A stretch of 64,000 nt of DNA, taken from Candidatus Izemoplasma sp. GTDB taxonomy: Bacteria > Bacillota_I > Bacilli_A > Izemoplasmatales > Izemoplasmataceae. The translations under genes and the position numbers were made by a program. Below the pieces are notes generated by a model that worked only from the letters and a program-made list of their open reading frames with translations, did no database searches and had not been told where the DNA came from. The stretch spans positions 43,384-107,383 of the forward strand of contig JAOZRX010000001.1 in NCBI GenBank assembly GCA_029939945.1, written 5' to 3'. This document shows, piece after piece, positions 10,361 to 19,114 of this stretch. Within the stretch, counting starts at the first letter, position 1, and each line of letters opens with the position of its first letter.

Positions 10361-10541
10361 CTTGCTTTTATCTTAAAATATGCGATAATTATATTGTGAG
10401 TAAGGGCGGATTAGGACAGGGTGGGTTTCATTTACTTAAATTGCATCAGCAATTTATTGTTTGGAAAGAAATCTTAACGGACTCGGGGCCCTTGGATAAT
10501 CCAGTAACGAAAATAACGATTATTTTAATCGTTATTTTTTT
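10361..10541 (+). promoter_or_regulatory. promoter plus structured 5' leader ending in an intrinsic terminator, upstream of tdh-kbl (candidate riboswitch/attenuator, class unassigned)
   Basis: TTGCTT-17-GATAAT promoter. The leader has an outer stem GGATTA(10408-13)/TAATCC(10497-502) and an inner hairpin AAATTGC-ATCA-GCAATTT. The terminator is AAATAACGATT-ATTTT-AATCGTTATTT plus a T-run at 10511-10541, 100 nt before the tdh ATG. Confidence 0.45.
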
Positions 10542-10640
10542 ATGGAAAAATACCTCTAAACTACTTCACAAAATATATAATTATGTTATAATTATAATTG
10601 ATGAAAGCGTTTGTAAAATTAACTAAAAAGGAGAACGAAA

Positions 10641-11705
10641 ATGGAAGACAAATTTGATACCTTAATGACCTGCATTGTTAAAGATAAACCGGAAATTGGA
10701 CTTACTTTAGCTAAGAAGAAAATACCTAGTGATTTGGAAAACCATGAAGTGTTAATTAAAGTAAATTATACAAGTGTATGCGGCACTGATTACCACATTT
10801 ACATGTATGATGATTGGGCGAAAAAAAGACTGAAATTGCCATTTACTGCTGGACATGAATTTAGTGGTGAAATTGTTAAACTTGGAAGTGAAGTTACAAG
10901 AGTTGGACTTGGAGATATCGTTAGTGCTGAAACACACATAATTTGTAATACTTGTGAGTTTTGTTTAAGAGGAGATGGACACATTTGTGAAAATACGAAA
11001 ATTATCGGTGTTGATATAGATGGTTGTTTTGCTCAATATGTAAAAATCCCAGCAATGAACTGCTTTATCAATAGTAAAGATGCTAATCCTTTGCACTTAA
11101 GTGTTCAAGAACCACTTGGTAATGCAGTTCACACAATGACTCATTTCCCGATTGAAGGAAAAGATGTTGTAATAACTGGTTGTGGACCAATAGGTTTAAT
11201 GGGAGTCAATGTATCAAAAGCATATAAAGCAAAAAAAATAATCGCAATTGAAGTAAATGATTACCGATTAAAATTAGCTAAAGAATTAGGGGCAGATGTT
11301 GTAATAAATCCTCTTAAAGAAGACGTTGTAGCCAGAGTGCTAGAAGAGACTGGTGGTAGAGGAGCAGACGTAGTTGGTGAGTTTAGTGGGAATAAACACG
11401 CTATAGAGCAGGCTTTTAAATACGTTAAAGCAGGTGGCGGATTATCTCTACTTGGAATTCCAAGCAAGGATATCGAAATTGACTTAGCTAAATATATTGT
11501 TTTTAAAGGACTTCATATTTATGGAGTTGTCGGAAGAAGAATTTATGATACTTGGTATCAAGTAAAAGAATTAGTTGATAATAAAATGTTAGATTTTGAT
11601 AAAATAATTACCCATACTTTTAAACTAACTGAATATCAAAAAGCAATGGATTTAATGGGTGAAGGAAATTGTGGAAAAATAGTCTTAATTCCGGGGGAAG
11701 AATAA
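10641..11705 (+). CDS. tdh: L-threonine 3-dehydrogenase (Zn-dependent MDR family)
   Basis: [17 protein letters not shown], the structural-Zn Cys cluster [15 protein letters not shown], and ITGCGPIGL. Directly followed by kbl. Confidence 0.9.
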   Translation: MEDKFDTLMTCIVKDKPEIGLTLAKKKIPSDLENHEVLIKVNYTSVCGTDYHIYMYDDWAKKRLKLPFTAGHEFSGEIVKLGSEVTRVGLGDIVSAETHIICNTCEFCLRGDGHICENTKIIGVDIDGCFAQYVKIPAMNCFINSKDANPLHLSVQEPLGNAVHTMTHFPIEGKDVVITGCGPIGLMGVNVSKAYKAKKIIAIEVNDYRLKLAKELGADVVINPLKEDVVARVLEETGGRGADVVGEFSGNKHAIEQAFKYVKAGGGLSLLGIPSKDIEIDLAKYIVFKGLHIYGVVGRRIYDTWYQVKELVDNKMLDFDKIITHTFKLTEYQKAMDLMGEGNCGKIVLIPGEE

Positions 11706-11706
11706 T

Positions 11707-12891
11707 ATGAGTAGCCATGAACTAAAATTTTTAAAAGATAAAATTGAAGAATTAAAAAAAGATGGAGTTTATCGAGAATTACCAGTTAACTTTGGCCCAT
11801 GTGACAATATTATAAACTTGAATGGAAAAGAAGTCGTGAATTTATCTAGTAACAACTATTTAGGACTGGCTAACCATCCTCGAGTTAAACAAGCAGCAAT
11901 AGATGCAGTTAATAAATATGGAGCAGGAGCAGGAGCTGTAAGAACAATCGTTGGTAATCAAGATATAATTGGAGAACTTGAAGATTTACTCGCAGAATTT
12001 AAACATGAGGATGCAGTTATGTGTTTCCAATCAGGACTCAATTGTAATATTGGGACAATTTCTGCAATTACGGAAAAAGGTGATTTAATAATTTCTGATG
12101 AATTAAATCATGCTTCAATTATTGATGGTGTAAGATTAAGCAAAGCAGATCGTGCAATTTATAAACATTCAGATATGAAAAATTTAGAGCAAATATTGAT
12201 TGAAAAAAGAGAACAATATAATCAAGTTTTGATCATAACTGACGGAGTATTTTCAATGGATGGCGATTTAGCAAAATTACCAGAAATTGTTGAACTAGCA
12301 GAGAAATATAATGCATTGACTTATGTGGATGATGCCCACGGTAGTGGTGTGCTTGGAGAAAGCGGTAGAGGAACTGTAGACCACTTCAAATTACACGGAA
12401 GAGTTGATTTTATTATAGGCACATTATCTAAAGCTATAGGTGTTGTTGGAGGATATGTTGCAAGTAAAAAAGAAACGAAATCTTGGTTGTCTCATCGTGC
12501 TCGTCCATTACTGTTTTCAACTGCACTTCCACCTGCTGCAACAGCCGCAGCAATTGAATCTGTTAAAATGTTAATGGAGAGTGAAGAGTATTCAAACAAG
12601 TTATGGAATAATGCAAATTACTTCAAAGAAAAATTAAGCAAATTAGGATTCGATACTGGACATAGTGAAACTCCTATTACTCCAGTTATGATAGGAAATG
12701 AAGCAAAAACAATGCAATTTAGCAAGGCATTATTAGAAGCTGGAGTTTATGTTTCTGGTATAGTCTTCCCTACAGTTCCAATGGGGAAGGGAAGATTACG
12801 TTGTATGATTAGTGCTTCTCATACTACTAAAGACCTAGACTATGCGTTAAAACAATTTGAAGAAGTTGGAAAAAAATTGAAGTTAATTTAA
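11707..12891 (+). CDS. kbl: 2-amino-3-ketobutyrate CoA ligase (glycine C-acetyltransferase)
   Basis: Alpha-oxoamine synthase family with [17 protein letters not shown] and the PLP-lysine motif GTLSKA. The tdh-kbl pairing is classic. Confidence 0.9.
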   Translation: MSSHELKFLKDKIEELKKDGVYRELPVNFGPCDNIINLNGKEVVNLSSNNYLGLANHPRVKQAAIDAVNKYGAGAGAVRTIVGNQDIIGELEDLLAEFKHEDAVMCFQSGLNCNIGTISAITEKGDLIISDELNHASIIDGVRLSKADRAIYKHSDMKNLEQILIEKREQYNQVLIITDGVFSMDGDLAKLPEIVELAEKYNALTYVDDAHGSGVLGESGRGTVDHFKLHGRVDFIIGTLSKAIGVVGGYVASKKETKSWLSHRARPLLFSTALPPAATAAAIESVKMLMESEEYSNKLWNNANYFKEKLSKLGFDTGHSETPITPVMIGNEAKTMQFSKALLEAGVYVSGIVFPTVPMGKGRLRCMISASHTTKDLDYALKQFEEVGKKLKLI

Positions 12892-12893
12892 GT

Positions 12894-12931
12894 AAAAAAG
12901 GAGAAATTTATTTTCTCCTTTTTCTTTTTTT
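12894..12931 (+). terminator. intrinsic terminator after kbl
   Basis: AAGGAGAAA-TTTAT-TTTCTCCTT followed by a T-rich tract. Confidence 0.75.
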
Positions 12932-12968
12932 CTAAAAATTGTATAATTAAATTGAGGACGTGGTCGGT

Positions 12969-13925
12969 ATGGAGAAGTATTTAAGTAATTGGATTACTAT
13001 CATCGACGGAATAAAAAATGATAATACATATAGAGCATCATGGGGAAGAGCAATTATTGAGTGTATTGTTAATGAAGAATACGATGTAGTTAATGACGAA
13101 GTGATAGTAGAAGAGTATTTTATAGTTCAGAAGATTCTGAAATATTATTGGAACTTAAATTCCTTTTTTAAGCTATCACAAGGTGATTTTTTAGTAATAG
13201 AAAAAGTTACAAAAGAAATTTCAGATGATTACTACTTAAAAAAGAAGCATCGTAATCCTGTTTGGTATAATGAAATCGAAATATTCTTAAAAAGAAAACA
13301 AATTAAGTTTGAGAAAACAATAAATAGAATTATGAAAATACTTAATAAGAATATAGCTCATCGTTTTTTAAACCATAAAAGCAAGAAAATCAAATTATAT
13401 AAATTAGATTTAAAAACAAAATCTCTTAGATTTAAGCAAGTAGATGCAGAAATAATAAAAACTTACTCAAAGGTTCTTAATGAATTAATCAATTCTAAAT
13501 GGGCACTATATTTAGAAAATTACAATAACTCACCATATCTTCAAAGAAAAGTAATTGATTCTGCACAATCTAATCTTAAAAGACAAAACTTAAGATCAAT
13601 TAAAAATATATTAGTTGAGCATTTTCATAGTGAAGGTATTAAGGACTTCTATACTGGTGAACATCTAGAATATAAAGATATTAAGATGGTTCATGTTATT
13701 CCATATAATTATATTTATTGTAATAATATTTGGAATTTAGTAATCACAGGCAAAACAACAAAGTTTAAAATTACTCCAAGTGATGAAGATATGAGTAAAT
13801 TAAAAATTAGAAATAAGGCCTTACTAAAAGAACTTGAGAATGTAACTAATAAAGAAAAACAAGACCTAGAAAACGTAGTTAATAATAATTTACTAGATAA
13901 ATGCTTTATGGATATGAGAGGTTAA
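12969..13925 (+). CDS. hypothetical protein with C-terminal HNH-like (His-Me finger) motif
   Basis: C-terminal segment FYTGEHLEYKDIKMVHVIPYNYIYCNNIWNLVIT resembles the H...N...NL core of HNH nucleases but lacks the CxxC zinc pairs. The N-terminal ~230 aa are unassigned. I prefer ATG 12969 over GTG 12960 because of GAGGA spacing. Confidence 0.4.
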   Translation: MEKYLSNWITIIDGIKNDNTYRASWGRAIIECIVNEEYDVVNDEVIVEEYFIVQKILKYYWNLNSFFKLSQGDFLVIEKVTKEISDDYYLKKKHRNPVWYNEIEIFLKRKQIKFEKTINRIMKILNKNIAHRFLNHKSKKIKLYKLDLKTKSLRFKQVDAEIIKTYSKVLNELINSKWALYLENYNNSPYLQRKVIDSAQSNLKRQNLRSIKNILVEHFHSEGIKDFYTGEHLEYKDIKMVHVIPYNYIYCNNIWNLVITGKTTKFKITPSDEDMSKLKIRNKALLKELENVTNKEKQDLENVVNNNLLDKCFMDMRG

Positions 13926-13926
13926 T

Positions 13927-14250
13927 ATGATGGAAAAGTATAATAAATTAGTTAGAGACAATATACCAAATATTTTAGATATTGAGGGTAAAGAATATAA
14001 AACTAGAATATTATCTGAGGAAGAATACGAACTAGAATTAAGAAAAAAAATAATCGAAGAAGCCACTGAATTATCAAAGGCTGAAAGTATTGAAGAGATA
14101 ATTTATGAACTTGCTGATATTTATGAGCTTATTGAATATGTTTTAATGGTAAACAAAATTGATAAAAGAAAAATTGATATTACAAGAATTAAGAAAAATA
14201 TGAAGAATGGCGGATTTGATGATAAAGTCTTTTTGGAACATGTAAATTAA
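13927..14250 (+). CDS. small MazG-like all-alpha NTP pyrophosphohydrolase (phosphoribosyl-ATP pyrophosphohydrolase-like)
   Basis: 107 aa. YNKLVRDNIPNIL at the N-terminus, with acidic EExxE and ELADIYELIEY helices typical of the house-cleaning MazG-like family. ATG lies 1 nt after the upstream stop. Confidence 0.7.
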   Translation: MMEKYNKLVRDNIPNILDIEGKEYKTRILSEEEYELELRKKIIEEATELSKAESIEEIIYELADIYELIEYVLMVNKIDKRKIDITRIKKNMKNGGFDDKVFLEHVN

Positions 14251-14261
14251 AAGATATTTTT

Positions 14262-14290
14262 AAACAGTTCGGTTTTGAACTGTTTTTTCT
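14262..14290 (+). terminator. intrinsic terminator after the MazG-like gene
   Basis: AACAGTTC-GGTTTT-GAACTGTT followed by TTTTC. It lies inside the N-terminal extension of the listed ORF 14275. Confidence 0.75.
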
Positions 14291-14355
14291 TATCTATTTT
14301 ATTGAAAGAAAGCTATAAAATTGTTATAATTTTCATACATAAGGGGGTAATACTA

Positions 14356-15387
14356 ATGATTTATGTCTATATAGGAGTGCCAATATTTATAATATTAATA
14401 CCTGTTTTTTTATTGATTTATCTTACAATTACAGAATATAAGCCAAAAGCAATTGAAGACTCAACAATTTTACGAAATAATAACTCTCATTCTTTAAGTA
14501 AAAAGATAACTTTAACTACCTTGAATACAGGATATTCAAGTTTAGATAAAGACCAGGATTTTTTTGTTGAAGGCGGTAAAAACAGCAGATGTTTTTCTAA
14601 TGCAAAAACGATGACTAATTTATCTAATATTGCTAGAATGTTAAAAGAGATTGATAGTGACTTCTTTTTCTTACAGGAAGTAGATGAACCATGCAGAAGA
14701 AGTTGTTACACAAATCAAGTTAGATACTTGAGAAGCCGTTTAAACAAATATAACGCATCATTCGCATATAATTATAAAGTTAAGTATGTTCCCATTCCTT
14801 TAAAGAAGCCTATGGGAAGCGCAAAAAGCGGACTAATAACTTTATCGAAAGGTAAAATTGATGAATCTAAAAGATATCAATTTGCTGGTGATGAAGGATA
14901 TCCTAGAAGACTCTTTTTCTTAAAAAGATGTATGATGGTAAATAAATATAAAGTACATGACGATAAAGAACTTATATTAATTAACATCCACTTATCAGCT
15001 TATGATAAAGGTGGTCTTATAAGAAAATTACAAATTGAGCAATTAATAAAGTTTATTAACGAAATATCTAAAGAAAATAAATATGTAATAATTGGTGGAG
15101 ACTGGAATCATTTACTAGATAATAGCATCTACAAAGAAGACATGCCAGTATGGGTTAGTTTATTACCTGATTCTCTATATGATACATCATACAGAATTAT
15201 CTTTGATAAAGAGGTAAACACAGTGAGAAGTGAGGATACACCGTATGTTTTAGGGAGAAACTTTGAAACAATTATTGATGGGTTTCTTGTAAGCCCTAAT
15301 ATCCATGTATTAGAGGTTGAAGGATTGGATTATAAATACAAATATACTGATCATAATCCTGTAAAATTGACATTCAAACTTAAGTAG
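14356..15387 (+). CDS. membrane-anchored endonuclease/exonuclease/phosphatase (EEP) family protein
   Basis: One N-terminal TM helix, then LQEVD, INIHLSAYD, GGDWNH and a terminal TDHNPV motif characteristic of EEP (DNase I/sphingomyelinase-like) enzymes. ATG 14356 with an AAGGGGG RBS; terminator at 15400-15436. Confidence 0.75.
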   Translation: MIYVYIGVPIFIILIPVFLLIYLTITEYKPKAIEDSTILRNNNSHSLSKKITLTTLNTGYSSLDKDQDFFVEGGKNSRCFSNAKTMTNLSNIARMLKEIDSDFFFLQEVDEPCRRSCYTNQVRYLRSRLNKYNASFAYNYKVKYVPIPLKKPMGSAKSGLITLSKGKIDESKRYQFAGDEGYPRRLFFLKRCMMVNKYKVHDDKELILINIHLSAYDKGGLIRKLQIEQLIKFINEISKENKYVIIGGDWNHLLDNSIYKEDMPVWVSLLPDSLYDTSYRIIFDKEVNTVRSEDTPYVLGRNFETIIDGFLVSPNIHVLEVEGLDYKYKYTDHNPVKLTFKLK

Positions 15388-15556
15388 AAGATAAATAAAA
15401 AAAGAGATGAATTCTTTAAGATTTCATCTCTTTTTTACATTTAAGCAACACATTTTATAAATAAGCCTTTTTCTTAATTATAAATATGCTTATATCATTA
15501 GCGTTATATATGCATATAAAATATAATTGCAATGTAGACAAAAAGGAGTGATTCTA

Positions 15557-15787
15557 ATGGAAAATAGTGTAGAAAAGAAAATTAAAGAAGTTATTGAAAG
15601 AACAAGAGTATTTCTTCAACAAGATGGTGGAGATGTAGAGTATGTAGATTTTAAAGAAGGAATCGTATATGTTAGATTAACAGGAGCATGTGTTGGATGT
15701 TCTGCAATTAACGTTACATTATATGATGGTATTGAAAGTATCTTACTTGCTGAGGTTCCTGAAGTTATAGGAATCGAGCATGTATAA
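15557..15787 (+). CDS. NifU C-terminal-domain-like Fe-S scaffold/carrier protein
   Basis: LQQDGGDVEYVDF...VYVRLTGACVGCS contains the Nfu/NifU CxxC motif. ATG 15557 with an AAAGGAG RBS. Confidence 0.8.
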   Translation: MENSVEKKIKEVIERTRVFLQQDGGDVEYVDFKEGIVYVRLTGACVGCSAINVTLYDGIESILLAEVPEVIGIEHV

Positions 15788-16977
15788 TGATTACAACAAA
15801 AAGTACATTATCTGAAGTATTATCAAAATATCCAAAACTTAAAAATGTTTTTGAAAACAATGGATTTAAAGGACTAGACAATAAATTAATTTTAAAGCAA
15901 ATAGGCTCTATACAACTAGATGACCTATTAAGAAATAAACAGATCAATGTTGGTCTGTTTATTGATATGTTAAATGAATATTTAAAAGAAGACTTAGTAG
16001 ATGTTACTTTAATGGATAATATCCATAAAGAAGACGCTATAAATATTATTGGTTTATTACCTTGTCCAGTTAGAATACCTTTACTTGAAAGATTTACTAC
16101 TTTATCTAACTTAGATAAAATAAATCATAACTTAAAGGCAGCTAGTGAAGGACTTGATTGGTTAAAAGAAAAAGTAATCACAGCTAAAAATGAAGATGAT
16201 TTAGCTGATATATATATTAGTGCTGGATTTGATTTATTCTTCGAACAAGACTTAATGAAGAAATTTAAAGATGAGAAAGTATTTGAGGATTATTATACTG
16301 ATATTCCTTACAATACTGATTTTGAGAATGACTACTTACAACTTAAAGATCCAAATGGAGATTATTCTATGCTTGGAGTAGTTCCTGCTGTATTTTTAGT
16401 AAATACAAAAGTGCTTGGTGATAGACCTATACCTAAAACATGGGAAGACATACTTGATCCAATTTTTGAAAATAGTATTAGTTTACCAGTAAGTGATTTT
16501 GATTTATTCAACGCTATCTTAATTCATTTACATCATGAATTTGGTATGGAAGCAATTACTAAATTAGGTAAAAGTATGATTAAGAGTATGCATCCAGCTG
16601 AAATGGTAAAAAGTGATAAAAGAAACAGAGTAAGACCAGCTATTTCTATTATGCCTTACTTCTTCACAAGAATGGCACTTCCAGGAAGTGTAATGGAAGC
16701 AGTATGGCCTGAAGATGGTGCGATTATTTCTCCAATATTCATGTTGACAAAAAGAAGTAAAAAAGAAGAGTTAAAAGAAATAGCGGATATGTTCGTTTCA
16801 GTTGAAACTGGAGAAATATTATCTCATAAAGGATTATTTCCTTCAATTAACCATGATGTTGATAATAAACTTACTGGAAAGATATTTAAGTGGGTTGGAT
16901 GGGATTATATCAATAATAATGATTTAGGTAAATTACTAACTGAATGTATGAACGCTTTCGAAGAAGGAAGGGAATAA
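15787..16977 (+). CDS. signal-less DUF1858-like N-domain fused to a periplasmic-binding-protein-like domain
   Basis: N-terminal TLSEVLSKYPKLKNVFENNGF resembles DUF1858 (hybrid-cluster-protein-associated redox domain). The remainder resembles ABC solute-binding proteins, but no signal peptide or lipobox is present. TAATG overlap with the NifU-like gene. Confidence 0.5.
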   Translation: MITTKSTLSEVLSKYPKLKNVFENNGFKGLDNKLILKQIGSIQLDDLLRNKQINVGLFIDMLNEYLKEDLVDVTLMDNIHKEDAINIIGLLPCPVRIPLLERFTTLSNLDKINHNLKAASEGLDWLKEKVITAKNEDDLADIYISAGFDLFFEQDLMKKFKDEKVFEDYYTDIPYNTDFENDYLQLKDPNGDYSMLGVVPAVFLVNTKVLGDRPIPKTWEDILDPIFENSISLPVSDFDLFNAILIHLHHEFGMEAITKLGKSMIKSMHPAEMVKSDKRNRVRPAISIMPYFFTRMALPGSVMEAVWPEDGAIISPIFMLTKRSKKEELKEIADMFVSVETGEILSHKGLFPSINHDVDNKLTGKIFKWVGWDYINNNDLGKLLTECMNAFEEGRE

Positions 16978-16978
16978 G

Positions 16979-17677
16979 ATGGATTTAATCACAGTAAGTG
17001 GACCACCCTCATCAGGAAAGACTTCAGTTTTAATAAAAACAATTGAAAACTTTTTAAAAAGAGATATTAGTGTTGGTGTTGTTAAGTTTGATTGTTTATT
17101 TACTGATGATGATATTTATTTTAAGAAATTAGGAATCCCTGTTAAAAAAGGATTAAGTGGATCACTTTGTCCTGATCATTACTTTGTTTCAAATATTGAA
17201 GAAGTAGTTGAATGGGGATTAAAAGAAAATGTTGATGTACTAATCACAGAGTCCGCAGGACTATGTAATAGATGTTCTCCATATATTCAAGATATAAAGG
17301 CAGTTTGTGTTATTGATAACTTAAGTGGAATTAACACTCCTAAGAAAATTGGACCAATGTTAAAAAGCGCAGATATAGTAGTTATTACAAAGGGTGATAT
17401 TGTCTCACAAGCTGAAAGAGAAGTATTTACTATGAAAGTCCAAAGTGTTAATCCAAAAGCGATTATAATGCATGTAAATGGCCTTTCTGGACAAGGTGCG
17501 TTTGAGTTGAGTACTTTCATTCATGATGAAACAAAACATGTTGACACTTTAGAAGGAATGAAACTAAGATACCCGATGCCAGCGGCATTGTGTAGTTATT
17601 GTTTAGGTGAAACAAGAATAGGGAAAAGTCACCAATTAGGAAATATTAGAAAAATAGATTTGAGTGATATTAAATGA
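16979..17677 (+). CDS. G3E-family (HypB/UreG/CobW-like) P-loop GTPase metallochaperone
   Basis: Walker A GPPSSGKTS, ESAGLCNRC (Walker B-like plus a CxxC pair), ITKGD (NKxD-like) and a C-terminal CSYC. Confidence 0.7.
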   Translation: MDLITVSGPPSSGKTSVLIKTIENFLKRDISVGVVKFDCLFTDDDIYFKKLGIPVKKGLSGSLCPDHYFVSNIEEVVEWGLKENVDVLITESAGLCNRCSPYIQDIKAVCVIDNLSGINTPKKIGPMLKSADIVVITKGDIVSQAEREVFTMKVQSVNPKAIIMHVNGLSGQGAFELSTFIHDETKHVDTLEGMKLRYPMPAALCSYCLGETRIGKSHQLGNIRKIDLSDIK

Positions 17678-18690
17678 GTTTAGAAAACTTACTAAAATTA
17701 TCAATCGGTGACTTATTTTTAAAATTCCCTTATACAAAAGATTTCTTTATTGATCACCTAGTTCCTTATAAAGGACATGAAAACTATACGATTAATCAAT
17801 TATTTAATAACATGGATGAAGAAGTAATTGAAGATAACGCAATTAATACTGAATTATTTATTAGTAGTTTAGTTGAGTATATTGAACTAATGAATTCATA
17901 TTTTGCAAGTGAACAAGTAGTGGAAAATACTGTAACTATTTATCCAGGTACTTATAAAGATGGAACTGATGAAAACTTTACTAAGATTGAAATTAGTAAA
18001 GGAGAAATCATATCAATAGTTGGACCTACAGGTAGTGGTAAATCAAGATTACTTGCTGATATTGAATGGGCAGCAAATGAAGATACACCTACCAAAAGAA
18101 AAGTACTAATTAATGGTAGAGTATTAGAACCTCATGAAAGATTTAGTGCATCTAATAAACTAGTTGCTCAGTTATCACAAAACATGAACTTTGTAATGGA
18201 CTTATCAGTTCGTGAATTCCTTGATTTACATGCCACAAGTAGAATGGTTGAAAATAAAGAGGAAATGATTATAAAGATTTATGATAAAGCTAATGAATTA
18301 GCTGGAGAAGGTTTTAGTGAAGATACACCTATCACAGAACTATCAGGTGGACAGTCCCGTGCTTTAATGATTGCGGATACCGCAATCTTATCAAAGTCAC
18401 CAATTATATTAATTGATGAAATTGAAAATGCTGGGATAGATCGCCAAAAAGCACTTGAGTTGCTAATTAGTGAAGATAAGATAGTATTAATGAGTACCCA
18501 TGATCCAATTCTTGCTTTAATGGGTGACAAAAGAATTGTTATTAATAACGGTGGAATTGAATCAGTTATTGAAACAAGTGAAGAAGAAAGAAGTATTTTA
18601 TCTAAATTAGAAAACTTAGATAAAACACTTATGGATATGCGTAATAGATTACGTTTAGGTAAAAGATTAAAATTCGAGGAGGAATTATAA
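17674..18690 (+). CDS. ABC-type ATPase with N-terminal DUF1858-like extension (no membrane partner in cluster)
   Basis: Walker A GPTGSGKS, signature LSGGQSRAL, Walker B ILIDEIE, H-loop STHD. N-terminal LSIGDLFLKFPYTKDFF resembles the N-domain of the 15787 protein. ATGA overlap with the upstream gene. Confidence 0.8.
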   Translation: MSLENLLKLSIGDLFLKFPYTKDFFIDHLVPYKGHENYTINQLFNNMDEEVIEDNAINTELFISSLVEYIELMNSYFASEQVVENTVTIYPGTYKDGTDENFTKIEISKGEIISIVGPTGSGKSRLLADIEWAANEDTPTKRKVLINGRVLEPHERFSASNKLVAQLSQNMNFVMDLSVREFLDLHATSRMVENKEEMIIKIYDKANELAGEGFSEDTPITELSGGQSRALMIADTAILSKSPIILIDEIENAGIDRQKALELLISEDKIVLMSTHDPILALMGDKRIVINNGGIESVIETSEEERSILSKLENLDKTLMDMRNRLRLGKRLKFEEEL

Positions 18691-18936
18691 ATGAGTGAAC
18701 ATGATGGATGCAGTGCATCATTTGAAAATGGACAACAAACTGTAGATAAAGTAAGACAAATGGGATTTAGTGAGGGACTACTTCCAATGGCTCATACGAT
18801 AGAGTGTGAATGTGGAACTAAATTTGAAATGGAATACTTTGAAGACAAATGCCCATCATGTGGTATGGTTTATGGAGTTACTCCTTGTCATTCTCATGAT
18901 CCTGCTGGATGTAAAGCTGCAGGGAAAGATTACTAA
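18691..18936 (+). CDS. small Cys/His-rich (zinc-ribbon-like) protein
   Basis: 81 aa with CEC...CPSC...CHSH...C. Starts immediately after the ABC gene stop. Terminator at 18941-18968. Confidence 0.55.
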   Translation: MSEHDGCSASFENGQQTVDKVRQMGFSEGLLPMAHTIECECGTKFEMEYFEDKCPSCGMVYGVTPCHSHDPAGCKAAGKDY

Positions 18937-19114
18937 TAATAAAACAGCAAATTTTGCTGTTTTTTATTTGCAAATTTGTAGTTTGAGTTCAAATATATGT
19001 AAGATAGCCCTAAAGCGTTCTATTTTAGACGAGTTCTTGTTATTATGGAAGAGTCTTAGTTAAGAAAGTAGTGTTATGATGCTTTCATAAAAAAATTAAA
19101 AAGGGGAGTTTATT

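Noticed and set aside
10397-10510. TPP or glycine riboswitch in the tdh leader, because of GGATAATCCAG and GGACAG strings
   Set aside because: It lacks the CUGAGA and ACCUGAUCUGGAUAAUGCCAGCG core of TPP aptamers. It also lacks the GGAGAG...CACCGAAGGGGCAA core of glycine aptamers.
10396-10626. 76-aa ORF (GTG start) upstream of tdh
   Set aside because: It spans a predicted promoter-proximal structured leader and a strong intrinsic terminator (10511-10541). It has no RBS and its sequence looks non-protein-like. I treat it as a non-coding leader.
18806-19063. 85-aa plus-strand ORF overlapping the Cys-rich gene and its terminator
   Set aside because: It is out of frame with the coupled operon and reads through the terminator at 18941-18968.
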